54,486 bases of DNA from Gemmatimonadota bacterium (GTDB taxonomy: Bacteria > Gemmatimonadota > Gemmatimonadetes > Longimicrobiales > Gaopeijiaceae): contig JAYZBT010000079.1 in NCBI GenBank assembly GCA_036338615.1, positions 1 to 54,486 on the forward strand. The letters run 5' to 3'. The notes under the pieces are model-generated. The model saw nothing but the letters and a program-made list of their open reading frames with translations. It did no database searches and had not been told where the DNA came from. The number at the start of each line of letters is the position of its first letter. The stretch's first letter is position 1. Position numbers and translations under genes: made by a program. This document shows, piece after piece, positions 9,793 to 19,164 of the stretch.

Positions 9793-11022
9793 TCAGCCGA
9801 AGATGCCGCGCACGGTCTCCAGGCCTTCGACCAGTCGATCCACGTCGTCCGTGGTGTTGTACAGGTAGAATGACGCTCGAGCCGTGGCTGCCACACCGAA
9901 GTGCTTCATCACGAGTTGCGCGCAGTGATGTCCGGCGCGAACCGCGATGCCCTCCGAGTCCAGGATCGTCGAGATGTCGTGAGGGTGCGCGTCGCCGAGG
10001 GTGAACGAGACGACCGCGGAGTGCTCGTCCACCGACTCTGGCCCGTAGATCCGAATGCCGGGGATGGAGCCGACCTGGTCCAGCGCGTACAGCAAGAGAT
10101 CCCGCTCATGTGCCGCGATCGCTTCCATGCCGACCTCAAGGAGGAAGTCAACGGCGGCCCCCATCCCGATTGCTCCGGCGATGTTCGGCGTGCCCGCCTC
10201 GAACTTGTGCGGCACCTTCGCCCATGTGCTCTCATCGCGGCCGACGAAGTGGATCATCTCGCCGCCGCCCTGATACGGGGACATGGCTTCGAGCAGGTCC
10301 TTTCGCGCCCACAGCGCACCGATTCCGGTAGGGCCGCACATCTTGTGACCGCTGAACGCGTAGCAGTCCACACCGAGATCCTGCACATCGACCTCGGTAT
10401 GCACCGCCCCCTGCGCGCCGTCGATCACGACCAGTGCTCCGACCTCATGCGCGGCGGATGCGATCTGCTTGATGGGATTCACCGTGCCCAGCGCGTTCGA
10501 GACGTGCCCCAGCGCGACGACCTTCGTGCGACCCGAGAGCAACGAACCGAGGTCGTCGAGAATGAGTCGACCCTGCTCGTCGATCTCGAGATACCGGATG
10601 TGGGCTCCCGTGCGACGAGTGAGCAACTGCCATGGAATGATGTTCGAGTGATGCTCCAGGGTGGAGATCAGGATCTCGTCGCCTTCACCGACGTTGTCCA
10701 ACCCCCAAGCCGTTGCGACGAGGTTGATCGCCTCGGTCGTGCCCCGAGTCCACACGAGCTCGTCGGCTTCCGGCGCGTTGATCCACGCAGCGACCTTCGC
10801 GCGGGCTTCCTCGAAGGCAATCGTCGCTCGCCGGGAGAGTTCGTGGATGCCGCGGTGTACGTTCGCGTTGTCGTGCTGGTAGTAGTGCTCGAGAGTGCTG
10901 AGCACCGCCCTGGGCTTCTGGGAGGTGGCCGCGCTGTCGAGGTATACCAGCGGCTGGCCGTTGACCGTCTGGCTCAGCGCGGGGAACTCCCGCCGGATCT
11001 TGGTCGGGTCGAGTGCCGTCAT
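9793..11022 (-). CDS. sufS: cysteine desulfurase, SufS type
   Basis: PLP-lysine context FSGHKMCGPTGIG and catalytic Cys context RAGHHCAQ. It sits within the suf operon. Confidence 0.9.
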   Translation of the reverse strand: MTALDPTKIRREFPALSQTVNGQPLVYLDSAATSQKPRAVLSTLEHYYQHDNANVHRGIHELSRRATIAFEEARAKVAAWINAPEADELVWTRGTTEAINLVATAWGLDNVGEGDEILISTLEHHSNIIPWQLLTRRTGAHIRYLEIDEQGRLILDDLGSLLSGRTKVVALGHVSNALGTVNPIKQIASAAHEVGALVVIDGAQGAVHTEVDVQDLGVDCYAFSGHKMCGPTGIGALWARKDLLEAMSPYQGGGEMIHFVGRDESTWAKVPHKFEAGTPNIAGAIGMGAAVDFLLEVGMEAIAAHERDLLLYALDQVGSIPGIRIYGPESVDEHSAVVSFTLGDAHPHDISTILDSEGIAVRAGHHCAQLVMKHFGVAATARASFYLYNTTDDVDRLVEGLETVRGIFG

Positions 11023-11074
11023 CGCTCGAGCCTCTGAGTCTCCGTGGCGTGCTTGGCGGTTGATCTGATGAGCC

Positions 11075-11386
11075 TCAGTTCACGTCGATGAAGATCTGGC
11101 CGTCCCGGACTTCCACCGGGAGCGCTTTCACGGGCCGAACGGCTGGTAGACACATGTTCTTGCCGGTCCTACAGTCGAAGCGGGCGCCATGATAAATGCA
11201 GAGGATCTCGTCCCCCTCCAGCTCCCCGTCAGAGAGTGGGAACTCCTCGTGGGAGCACTCGTCTTCCAGGGCGTAGATGGTGCCCTCGAAATTGGCCAGT
11301 ACGACCTGGGTGCCGGCGGCTGTGACGCCCTTGAGTTGCCCGACAGGGCACTCCGTTTCGGCCGCTACCCGGATCCAGTTGGCCAT
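11075..11386 (-). CDS. Rieske (2Fe-2S) domain ferredoxin
   Basis: 103 aa with CSH...CIYH (CxH / CxxH) Rieske ligands. Located between sufD and sufS. Confidence 0.8.
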   Translation of the reverse strand: MANWIRVAAETECPVGQLKGVTAAGTQVVLANFEGTIYALEDECSHEEFPLSDGELEGDEILCIYHGARFDCRTGKNMCLPAVRPVKALPVEVRDGQIFIDVN

Positions 11387-11396
11387 GGGCTGTACC

Positions 11397-12740
11397 TCAG
11401 CGGTGCAGAGCGAGTTTCTGTTCGATGACCCGTGTCACCTTACCCACCACGCCACCGAGCGGGAGTTTCGCCAGGACCTCTCCCAGGAAGCCGAGAACCA
11501 CGAGGCGCTCGGCCTCCACGAGACTCAAGCCGCGGCTCATGAGGTAGAACTTCGCCTCGGCATCGAGTTGGCCGACGGTGGCGCCGTGGGAGCACTTCAC
11601 GTCGTCTGCCTCGATCTCCAGGTTGGGAAGCGAGTCGGCACGTGAGTCCGGAGAGAGCAGCAGATTCCGATTCGTCTGGTACGCGTCGGTGCCCTGGGCA
11701 CCTGGCGACACACGGATGATTCCGCGGAAGGCCGCGCGGCTCGCGCCGTCGAGCGCGCCCTTGTAGAGCAAATCGCTGAACGTGTTCGGCGCGACGTGGT
11801 CTTGGCTGGTATTGAAGTCGAAGTGCTGGTCCTCGTCTCCGAAATAGAGACCCAACATGTCGGAATTCGCGCCAGGCCCCAGAAGGCGCGCATTCAGGTC
11901 GACCCGTGTCACCGACGCTCCCAGTGCGACGTTCAGCGTATCGAGCTTCGCGTCGCGCTCGGCGAGCGTGCGTTGCACCGACTGGTAGAATGCCCTGCGA
12001 CCGAGGCGCTGCACCGCCACGTATTGCACCCGTGCGCCGTTCCGTGCGATCAATTCGACCGCCGTCGACGTATAGGTCTGCGACTCGAAGTCGTCCGATA
12101 GGACTTCGTCCACATACGAGACCTGGCTCGCGGACTCGGCCACGATGAGTACGCGGCTGAAGTAGGCCGTGCCGGCCTCGCTCAGCCATCGGGTCACGCG
12201 CACGGGCTGTTCCAGGCGTACGCCCGGGGGCACGAGTAGGAAGATGCCGTCGTTCCAGAGTGCCGCGTTGAGCGCCGCGAACTTGCCCTCCTCGGCCGGA
12301 ACCGCTTCGGTGGCGAGGTGCTCCTGGACGAGCACTTCGTGGTTCGTGATCGCGTCGTGAAGCGACTCGAGGATCACGCCCTTGGCAGCCAGCCCTTCAT
12401 CGACGTCGGCGTGCACCACGTGACCGTCGATGATGACGATATGGCCCGACGCCTCGCGGTCTTCGTCCATGGCCGCTCGTAGCTGCGGAGGCCAGGTGGT
12501 CGGGTCGCTCGAGAGCGCCTCGGCATCGCTGAAACGAAGGGCGTCGAGGTCGAGTTTCTTCTTGAGGTTCGTATAGCGCCACTCTTCGAGCCGTGTCGTC
12601 GGCATCGGGGTGCGCTCGTACACCTCCCAGGCATGCTGCCGACGTTCACGAAGCCACCGGGGCTCGTTCGCGCCTACGCGCGCGACCGCCGCGGCGTCGA
12701 GCGCGGTCCGCGCACTCTCCGTCAGGGTATCGCTCGTCAT
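11397..12740 (-). CDS. sufD: Fe-S cluster assembly protein SufD
   Basis: 447 aa with the SufB/SufD beta-helix C-terminal region ([15 protein letters not shown]). A 4-nt overlap with the sufB stop indicates translational coupling. Confidence 0.85.
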   Translation of the reverse strand: MTSDTLTESARTALDAAAVARVGANEPRWLRERRQHAWEVYERTPMPTTRLEEWRYTNLKKKLDLDALRFSDAEALSSDPTTWPPQLRAAMDEDREASGHIVIIDGHVVHADVDEGLAAKGVILESLHDAITNHEVLVQEHLATEAVPAEEGKFAALNAALWNDGIFLLVPPGVRLEQPVRVTRWLSEAGTAYFSRVLIVAESASQVSYVDEVLSDDFESQTYTSTAVELIARNGARVQYVAVQRLGRRAFYQSVQRTLAERDAKLDTLNVALGASVTRVDLNARLLGPGANSDMLGLYFGDEDQHFDFNTSQDHVAPNTFSDLLYKGALDGASRAAFRGIIRVSPGAQGTDAYQTNRNLLLSPDSRADSLPNLEIEADDVKCSHGATVGQLDAEAKFYLMSRGLSLVEAERLVVLGFLGEVLAKLPLGGVVGKVTRVIEQKLALHR

Positions 12741-14152
12741 CCCACCGAGCCTTCCATTTCCATTTCGATCAGCCTGTTGAGTTCCACTGCGTACTCGAGC
12801 GGTAGCTGCTTGGCGATCGGCTCGATGAAGCCGCGCACGATCATCGCCATCGCTTCCTCCGTGCTGATTCCGCGACTCTCCAGATAGAAGAGCTGCTCCT
12901 CACCGATTTTCGCGACCGAGGCCTCATGTCCGACGCTCGCGTCGTTCTCTTCGATCTCGATGTACGGATAGGTGTCGGTGCGAGAAGTGTCGTTGATGAG
13001 CAGCGCGTCGCACTCGACGTTCGAGCGGGCGTGGTGTGCGCCCTTGTGCACCTTGCACAAGCCGCGGTAGGTCGAGCGTCCGCGACCCTTCGAGATCGAC
13101 TTGGAGACGATCGAAGAAGTCGTATGCGGAGCTACGTGGACCACCTTGCCCCCGGTGTCCTGATGTTGGCCGTCGCCCGAGTAGGCGATCGACATGATCT
13201 CGCCGTGTGCGCCTTCGCCCACCAGATAGCAGGACGGGTATTTCATCGTGAGCTTCGAGCCCAGGTTCCCGTCGAGCCACTCCATGGTCGCGCCCTCGTG
13301 CACGATCGACCGTTGAGTGACGAGGTTGTACATGTTGTTCGACCAGTTCTGGATGGTCGTGTACCGGAACCGGGCGTTCTTTTTGACCACGATCTCGATG
13401 ACGCCCGAGTGGAACGACTCGGTCGTATACACCGGCGCGGTACATCCTTCGATGTAGTGTGCTTGCGCGCCTTCCTCGATGATGATGAGTGTGCGCTCGA
13501 ACTGCCCCATCCGCTCCTGGTTCACCCGAAAATACGCTTGCAGCGGGGTGTCGAGCGAGACGCCCTTCGGGATGTAGACGAACGAGCCGCCCGACCAGAC
13601 CGCCGCGTTCATCGCAGCGAACTTGTTGTCGTGCATCGGGATGATCGTGCCAAAGTGCTCGCGGAAGAGCTCGGGGTGGTTTTTCAGGCCGTCTTCGATC
13701 GAATCGAAGATGACGCCTTGAGCCGCCCACTCCTCGCGTAGCGAGTGGTATACCATCTCCGACTCGTACTGCGCGCCTACCCCGGCGAGGACCTTACGCT
13801 CGGCCTCGGGGATGCCGAGCTTCTCGAACGTCTCCTTGATCTCGTCGGGCACGTCGTCCCAGGAGCGCTCCATCTGGTCCTGAGGCCGCACGTAGAAGTA
13901 GATCTCGTCGAGCACCGCTTCGAGGCTGTCGAGGTCACCGCCCCACTTCGGCATCGGCTTCGAGTTGTAGACCTCGAGCGCCTTGAGTCGGTAGTCGAGC
14001 ATCCACTCCGGCTCTTCCTTGTGCGCCGAGATCTGTCGGACCACAGCCTCGCTCAGGCCCTTTTCAGCACGGAAGACCGGCTTGGTTTCCGTGACGAAGT
14101 CGTACTTGTACTCGTCGAGTCCGAGGTCTTGGATGGTCTCGTTTTGCGGCAT
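12737..14152 (-). CDS. sufB: Fe-S cluster assembly scaffold SufB
   Basis: 471 aa with highly characteristic SufB sequence throughout (YIEGCTAP..., [10 protein letters not shown]..., [16 protein letters not shown]). Confidence 0.95.
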   Translation of the reverse strand: MPQNETIQDLGLDEYKYDFVTETKPVFRAEKGLSEAVVRQISAHKEEPEWMLDYRLKALEVYNSKPMPKWGGDLDSLEAVLDEIYFYVRPQDQMERSWDDVPDEIKETFEKLGIPEAERKVLAGVGAQYESEMVYHSLREEWAAQGVIFDSIEDGLKNHPELFREHFGTIIPMHDNKFAAMNAAVWSGGSFVYIPKGVSLDTPLQAYFRVNQERMGQFERTLIIIEEGAQAHYIEGCTAPVYTTESFHSGVIEIVVKKNARFRYTTIQNWSNNMYNLVTQRSIVHEGATMEWLDGNLGSKLTMKYPSCYLVGEGAHGEIMSIAYSGDGQHQDTGGKVVHVAPHTTSSIVSKSISKGRGRSTYRGLCKVHKGAHHARSNVECDALLINDTSRTDTYPYIEIEENDASVGHEASVAKIGEEQLFYLESRGISTEEAMAMIVRGFIEPIAKQLPLEYAVELNRLIEMEMEGSVG

Positions 14153-14173
14153 GGAGGTCTCCTTTTGGTGTCT

Positions 14174-14959
14174 CTAGACGCCGTCTGCTACTGCGTCCGC
14201 TTCGCGCCAGTCCTTGTAGCCGTCCGCCTCGAGCGCGATCGCGACTTCTGGCCCACCCGAGCGGACGATGCGACCGTCGACCATGACGTGAACGCGATCC
14301 GGCTTGATGTAATCCAGCAGCCGCTGGTAGTGCGTGATGAGGACGATCGACATCTCGGGATCCTCCTCCGTCAACTTGTTCACCCCGTTCGCCACGACTT
14401 TGAGCGCGTCGATATCGAGACCCGAGTCGGTCTCGTCCATCACCGCGAGCTCCGGCTTGAGCATCGCCATCTGAAGGATTTCGTTTCGCTTCTTCTCGCC
14501 GCCACTGAAGCCGTCGTTTACGTGCCGCTCGGCGAAGGACACGTCCATCTCCAGCAACTCCATGCGCTCGGTCAGGATGTCGGAGAAGTCGAAAATGTCG
14601 AGTTCCTCCCCGTCTGCCAGGTGAGCCTGGACCGCGGTGCGCAGGAAGTTTGCGATCGAGACGCCGGGGATCTCGACCGGATATTGGAAGGCGAGGAAAA
14701 TCCCTGCCCGCGAGCGCTCGTCCGCTTCGAGCTCGAGCAAGTCGTTGCCCTGGAACACGACCGAGCCGGAAGTCACTTCGTAGCCGGGGTGACCGGCGAG
14801 CACTTTAGCCAGGGTGCTCTTGCCCGACCCGTTCGGACCCATGATCGCGTGGATCTCGCCCTTGGGGACCTCGAGGTCGACGCCGTTGAGGATCGGGAGA
14901 TCTTCATCGTCGACCTTGGCCTCGAGGCCCTCTATCTTCAGAATGGAAGCGTCGTTCAT
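14174..14959 (-). CDS. sufC: Fe-S cluster assembly ATPase SufC
   Basis: Walker [10 protein letters not shown], signature FSGGEKKR and Walker [13 protein letters not shown]. The start was trimmed to the ATG at 14959 ([10 protein letters not shown]...), giving the usual 261 aa. Confidence 0.9.
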   Translation of the reverse strand: MNDASILKIEGLEAKVDDEDLPILNGVDLEVPKGEIHAIMGPNGSGKSTLAKVLAGHPGYEVTSGSVVFQGNDLLELEADERSRAGIFLAFQYPVEIPGVSIANFLRTAVQAHLADGEELDIFDFSDILTERMELLEMDVSFAERHVNDGFSGGEKKRNEILQMAMLKPELAVMDETDSGLDIDALKVVANGVNKLTEEDPEMSIVLITHYQRLLDYIKPDRVHVMVDGRIVRSGGPEVAIALEADGYKDWREADAVADGV

Positions 14960-15001
14960 TCGTTCCTCAGCCAAAGCGTGGAGCCCATTGGCCTGCTTAT
15001 C

Positions 15002-15014
15002 AAGAATGATTCTT
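15002..15014. promoter_or_regulatory. perfect 6-1-6 palindrome AAGAAT-G-ATTCTT upstream of sufC; candidate operator (Fur-box-like AT-rich core)
   Basis: It lies 43-55 nt upstream of the sufC ATG in an otherwise GC-rich region. The extended context is CTTATCAAGAATGATTCTTCG. A function is not demonstrated. Confidence 0.3.
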
Positions 15015-15058
15015 CGTTTCATGTCGAGAAAGCTAGACGGGGCAAATAGGGGGGTCAA

Positions 15059-15301
15059 GTGGGTGTAGACGGCGCCGATTCGCCTCGTCATACGGTTGAT
15101 TTCGGCGGTGCACAGGAGCTCGGGGACGGTGCCTGGTTGGTGCTCGGTGGCGGTGGCCTGAAGGGGCTCGCGCACGTCGGTGCGTGGCGAGCGCTAACAG
15201 AGGCTGGGGTGCACCCCGCTGGCATCGTCGGCACCAGCATGGGGGCATTGGTGGGGGCGCCGGCACCCAGCGGCATGACCTGGAAGGAGATGCGGGCAGT
15301 C
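15059..15301 (+). pseudogene. patatin-like phospholipase, N-terminal ~80 codons only
   Basis: Oxyanion GGGGLKG and nucleophile elbow GTSMG (GxSxG) are present. Family similarity ends near KEMRAV and the catalytic Asp region is absent. Confidence 0.55.
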
Positions 15302-15435
15302 TCTGGTTGCTCGGGCTTCTCGCAGCGGGCTCGGTCGGGACCGCGCTTGTCGCGACGCTCGCGCCCGCGATGCGCGCTGCGAACACAGACCCGCGGGATA
15401 CGGCTCCGACAGGAGTGAAGCCGGCTCCAGCGTAG
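15298..15435 (+). pseudogene. C-terminal remnant of an FtsX/MacB-type (ADOP-like) ABC permease
   Basis: SLWLLGLLAAGSVGTALVATLAPAMRAANTDPRDTAP matches the last TM helix and the P-A-x-R-A-x-x-x-D-P tail of FtsX-family permeases. It is in a different frame from the abutting patatin remnant. Confidence 0.4.
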
Positions 15436-15599
15436 GACCTGGGGCGAGGGTGGTGTAGAACACCCTCGCTCCGGTCCTCCCTGCCCTTGCCAGCGGCGGA
15501 GGTATCTGACCGTTTGTTGTGTCACGACGCGCGCGAAATCCGTCCCATTCCATGCGCGTATGTGAACCGCATCCAGACCTCCTCAAAAGTGCGCACTGC

Positions 15600-15971
15600 A
15601 TGAGACGCCGCCGTCTAGTCCCTGCCTTCTGTCTGGCGCTCGCATTCTCCGGATGCGCGGACGCGATTCCGGGCCCCGGAACGATGACTGTGACGCTCGA
15701 GGGTCCGTATGTGACCGAGGGCGCGGCGCTCATCTCGCTCTTCGGTGACGGCATCATGGGCGTGACCGAGATCAACGGTCGAGTGTTCGGAGAGCACGAC
15801 GCCGATTCGTTCATCGTGGTCATCGTGGCGGAGCCTTCCGCGAAGCTCACGTTCGGGCTCCAGGTGATCGATACGCTCGCCGCGTTCGAAGCCCATGTGC
15901 TTCAGGTGGCGGCTCCGCACGACGCGCTCCGCACGATTCTCGCGGACTACGAAGTGGACATCCGACGATGA
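15600..15971 (+). CDS. hypothetical lipoprotein, translationally coupled to the M6 protease
   Basis: Start trimmed to the ATG at 15600 (MRRRRLVPAFCLALAFSGC lipobox). ATGA overlap with the downstream gene. Confidence 0.55.
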   Translation: MRRRRLVPAFCLALAFSGCADAIPGPGTMTVTLEGPYVTEGAALISLFGDGIMGVTEINGRVFGEHDADSFIVVIVAEPSAKLTFGLQVIDTLAAFEAHVLQVAAPHDALRTILADYEVDIRR

Positions 15972-17623
15972 GGCGAGCGTGGAGTTGGCGACCTCTCGCC
16001 ATGGCCGGGATCGCGTTCGCGCTCGTTGGAGTCGCGCGCCAGTGGGGCGGTATTCGACTGGAAGCTCAGGACATCGAAGCCATCGCTGAACTGCGTGGCC
16101 TCGAGCTCCCGCAAGGCTACTACGATCGCGTCGCCCGGGATGCGAAAGCCTTTCAGCTGCCGAATGGCCTCTTCCGCGTAGACGGTCAGGGCCTGGTCGA
16201 GGCCGTGCGCCCCGTAAGTGGGACCCACCGCCTGCTGGTGCTACCCGCTCTGTTCTCCGACTCGGAAGAACCGCACATCACCCGCGAGATGATCCAGGCT
16301 TCTCTCTTCGATGGACCCGCGCCGTACGGGACCATTACCGAAGCATACTTGGAGATGTCGCGCGGCCAGTTGACCCTGATCGGTGAGGTGCTGCCGTGGG
16401 TGCGAACGTCGCGCCCCATGGCGGCGGTGGTGGGCACCGAGAACGGCCTCGGTGACGACGCCGATCTTGCGCCGTACTTCATCGAGGCGCTCGAACTCTC
16501 CGACGAGACAATCGACTTCGGCCTGTACGACAACGATGGCCCCGACAACGTACCCAACAGCGGCGATGACGACGGCTTCGTCGATGCGATGACGTTCGAG
16601 TTCCTCGAGATCGGCGGCTCGTGCGGCGGCCCGTCGATCTGGCCGCATCGGTACGGGATCTCGCCGAGCAACGGCGGGGAGCCCTTTACGTCCGACGATG
16701 CTCGGGCTGGTGGCGGCTTCGTAAGAGTCAACGCCTACATCGTTCAGGGAGCGACCGATTGCGAGGGCGAGGGGGTCCAGATCGCCAACACCATCTCCCA
16801 TGAGTACGGACACGTATTGGGGCTCCCGGATTTCTATCACCCCACAGCCAGCGGTGGAGCAGAAGGGCGGCGTTGGGTGCTCGGCTGCTGGGCCCTCATG
16901 GCCGCGGGCTCATGGGGATGCGGGCCGGTCGTGGAGGACCGGGTTCCGTACGGACCGTCGCACATGAGCCCCCGCAACAAGAACGTGCTGGGCTGGCTTG
17001 ATTTCACCGAGGTCGGCCTCGATCCGGTGAGTAATCAGGAGTACGTGCTGGATCCCGTGCAGACCTCGGGCGACGCTCTGCGCATTCACCTGGACTCCGA
17101 GGGTCGCGAGTACCTGTTGGTGGAGTATCGAGCTCAGGTCGGGTTCGACTCCAACATTCCGGCGGACGGGGTTCTCGTCTATCACCAGGACCTGGAAGCG
17201 GCGACCAGACCGAATCCCGCCAGCGGTCTTCCGTATTTCCTCGCCCTATTGGAGCAAGACGACAACGACGGCCTGATCAGAAACACCTTCGAGGGCGGCA
17301 ACCGGGGGGAGGCCGGCGACGCGTGGGGAGTCGGCGGTGTGGCAGACGAATTGAGCGGCGTCACCTCTCCGAGCACCCGACTCAACGACGGCAGCGTCAC
17401 TCCGGTGGCGCTGCATTCCATCGTCGTCGAGAACGGACAGGCGCGTATCACGCTGTCGACGCAGCTCGTGGTCGGGTATGAGCGAATCGTGCAGTTCTTT
17501 CTGGAGCCGAACTCCGCACCGCTGACCGCACTCGAACTCAGCTACGTGGATAGCGAGGGTAACCGAAACGGTCAGCTCGACGTGGGGGACCTACGCAGCT
17601 GGCTCCGGGAGCACGGGAACTAG
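15968..17623 (+). CDS. M6-family (immune inhibitor A-like) secreted zinc metalloprotease
   Basis: HEYGHVLGLPDFY (HExxH plus the downstream Asp region) and a signal-like N-terminus. The C-terminal DSEGNRNGQLDVGDLRSWL resembles a dockerin/EF-hand-type Ca-binding loop. Confidence 0.8.
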   Translation: MRRAWSWRPLAMAGIAFALVGVARQWGGIRLEAQDIEAIAELRGLELPQGYYDRVARDAKAFQLPNGLFRVDGQGLVEAVRPVSGTHRLLVLPALFSDSEEPHITREMIQASLFDGPAPYGTITEAYLEMSRGQLTLIGEVLPWVRTSRPMAAVVGTENGLGDDADLAPYFIEALELSDETIDFGLYDNDGPDNVPNSGDDDGFVDAMTFEFLEIGGSCGGPSIWPHRYGISPSNGGEPFTSDDARAGGGFVRVNAYIVQGATDCEGEGVQIANTISHEYGHVLGLPDFYHPTASGGAEGRRWVLGCWALMAAGSWGCGPVVEDRVPYGPSHMSPRNKNVLGWLDFTEVGLDPVSNQEYVLDPVQTSGDALRIHLDSEGREYLLVEYRAQVGFDSNIPADGVLVYHQDLEAATRPNPASGLPYFLALLEQDDNDGLIRNTFEGGNRGEAGDAWGVGGVADELSGVTSPSTRLNDGSVTPVALHSIVVENGQARITLSTQLVVGYERIVQFFLEPNSAPLTALELSYVDSEGNRNGQLDVGDLRSWLREHGN

Positions 17624-17707
17624 CTGGGCTGCCCGTGACGAGACGGATCGGCGTTTGAGCGACTGGCGAGCCCCGGGCCTCCATGCAACATTGGGGCTAC
17701 CGATGGT

Positions 17708-18460
17708 TTGCATGCCAAGGAGGCGATCGTGAGGCTCTCTCGTACGGATGTGCTCCCTTTGCTGGTCGTGATCGGCGGGGGAGCAGTAGCTGTGCTCGCT
17801 TCCAGCTCTCTCGTGCTTTCCAGCTCCGACCCTTCGACGGATCCGTTCGTCGAGGGGACCTTTTGGGGGCCGCTCTGGAGCGAAGCTTCCGTCGCGTCCT
17901 TCCATGCCATCGAGCATCTCGAAACCATTCAAGGCCAGCATCGAGACGTTCTAGGCCTTGTGCGTGCGCTGCCGATGGAGCGGGGAGGAGAGCGCACGCG
18001 AGCGATCGAGTCGATCCGGGCGCAGAAGGATCAGATGCACGACGCTGTTCAGCACCTCGAGCGTGACTTGCGCCGCGCGACGGGGGGCATGCCTGCTGCC
18101 GATCCCGAAGCGACCCTCGCCCTTCTGAATGCCGCGAACATGATCAGGGACTCGAAGCTCGAGGAGAAACTTCTCTACTCCCGCGGCACGGTCGAGCAGT
18201 GGGACCCGCAGTCCGCGTTGACCCTGGAACTGAACATCGAGGGCGATCTGCGCTCGATTCGAGGCCAGATCGAGACGCCTCCCCACATCTACGTCGACGG
18301 CGAGCCAATGCGGAGCGCGCCAGCGGACCTGAACACGAACGACGTGCGTAGTATCGAAGTCATCAAGGGAGAGGCAGCGATCACTCTGTACGGTGAGCAG
18401 GCTTCTGGTGGCGTGATTCTGATCACGCTCAAAGAGTCGGGCAGATCGACAGGGAACTAA
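17708..18460 (+). CDS. membrane-anchored protein with C-terminal TonB-dependent-receptor plug-like motif
   Basis: N-terminal TM segment (VLPLLVVIGGGAVAVLA) and a coiled middle region. The C-terminal IYVDGEPM...LNTNDVRSIEVIKGEAAITLYGEQASGGVILITLK closely resembles the TBDR plug signature. Confidence 0.55.
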   Translation: MHAKEAIVRLSRTDVLPLLVVIGGGAVAVLASSSLVLSSSDPSTDPFVEGTFWGPLWSEASVASFHAIEHLETIQGQHRDVLGLVRALPMERGGERTRAIESIRAQKDQMHDAVQHLERDLRRATGGMPAADPEATLALLNAANMIRDSKLEEKLLYSRGTVEQWDPQSALTLELNIEGDLRSIRGQIETPPHIYVDGEPMRSAPADLNTNDVRSIEVIKGEAAITLYGEQASGGVILITLKESGRSTGN

Positions 18461-18470
18461 GACAAATGAG

Positions 18471-18496
18471 CCCCGCCCAGCCATGGCTGGACGGGG
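18471..18496 (-). terminator. GC-rich hairpin in convergent intergenic region (likely terminator for the Spy-like gene, possibly bidirectional)
   Basis: CCCCG-C-CCAGCCATGGCTGG-A-CGGGG. On the minus strand it is followed by CTCATTTGTCTT. Confidence 0.4.
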
Positions 18497-18571
18497 ACTC
18501 GCACCGGGCCCACTGGTGAGGTGCGCGTGAGATTAGCGGGACCCGGTGTCTCCTGTGTCCGAAGGGCCGCT

Positions 18572-19144
18572 TCAGCCCCGGAATCTGCGGCGGTCGTTGC
18601 GAAGGCCGCTCCCGCCCTTCATTCGGCCACGGCTGTTTCGTAGGCCGCCTCGGCCCTGCATTCCTCCGCGGCGCATCTGCCCGCGCATTCCTTGGCCCCC
18701 TCGGCTGGAAGAGGCTCGGCCCTGCCGCCTGAGTTGGTTGAGCGACCCTCGCTGCTCTTCGTTCAGGATCGACTCGAGTGCCTCGCGTCGACGCTCACCC
18801 TGGCCTTTCGTTGCCTCTCGTCGAGCCTCCATGCCGGCCATCACCTCGCTGCGCTGAATGAGACCCGCGGCATAGCGCGACTGTAGCTCGGTGGTCTCCG
18901 CCGCCTCGGCGTTGCGCCGTTGCACGTTCTCGCGTCGGATTACGTCGAGCTGCTCGAATTGCTCATCCGTGAGTTCCAGGCGGTCGCGAAGGCTCATGAT
19001 GGTCTCGACACCGACCTGTTGCCCCTGCCGACCCTGCATTCCCCTCATCGAATCACCACCTCGGCCTCGCTGGGCCGATAGGTCCGCCGCCCCGGTCGCA
19101 AACACGGTTGCTAGGACCAAAACACCACCCGTCATCCTCATCAT
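18572..19144 (-). CDS. Spy/CpxP-family (LTXXQ motif) periplasmic protein with Arg/Gly-rich tail
   Basis: Signal peptide, LELTDEQFEQL and ILNEEQRGSL (LTXXQ-type) motifs, and an RGG/RGQ-rich C-terminus. AAGGAG lies 8 nt upstream of the ATG. Confidence 0.65.
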   Translation of the reverse strand: MMRMTGGVLVLATVFATGAADLSAQRGRGGDSMRGMQGRQGQQVGVETIMSLRDRLELTDEQFEQLDVIRRENVQRRNAEAAETTELQSRYAAGLIQRSEVMAGMEARREATKGQGERRREALESILNEEQRGSLNQLRRQGRASSSRGGQGMRGQMRRGGMQGRGGLRNSRGRMKGGSGLRNDRRRFRG

Positions 19145-19164
19145 TCTATGCTCCTTCTCTGCTC

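Noticed and set aside
9901-11037. 378-aa plus-strand ORF
   Set aside because: It is an antisense shadow of sufS. The minus-strand frame carries the PLP-lysine and catalytic Cys motifs, and this frame has none.
13745-15049. 434-aa plus-strand ORF covering the sufB/sufC region
   Set aside because: It is antisense to unmistakable sufB and sufC coding sequence. Long stop-free shadow frames of this kind are expected in high-GC DNA. The translation is Arg/Val/Leu/Asp-rich with no motif.
18572-18720. Repetitive GC-rich DNA that could be mistaken for a repeat array. Similar stretches occur at ~32100-32200 and ~45730-45830.
   Set aside because: These stretches are in-frame low-complexity coding segments: the RGG/RGQ tail of the Spy-like protein, the GGRGG insert of the metalloprotease and the KA-rich tail of the M28 protein. 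There is no regular repeat-spacer periodicity, so this is not a CRISPR or a satellite.
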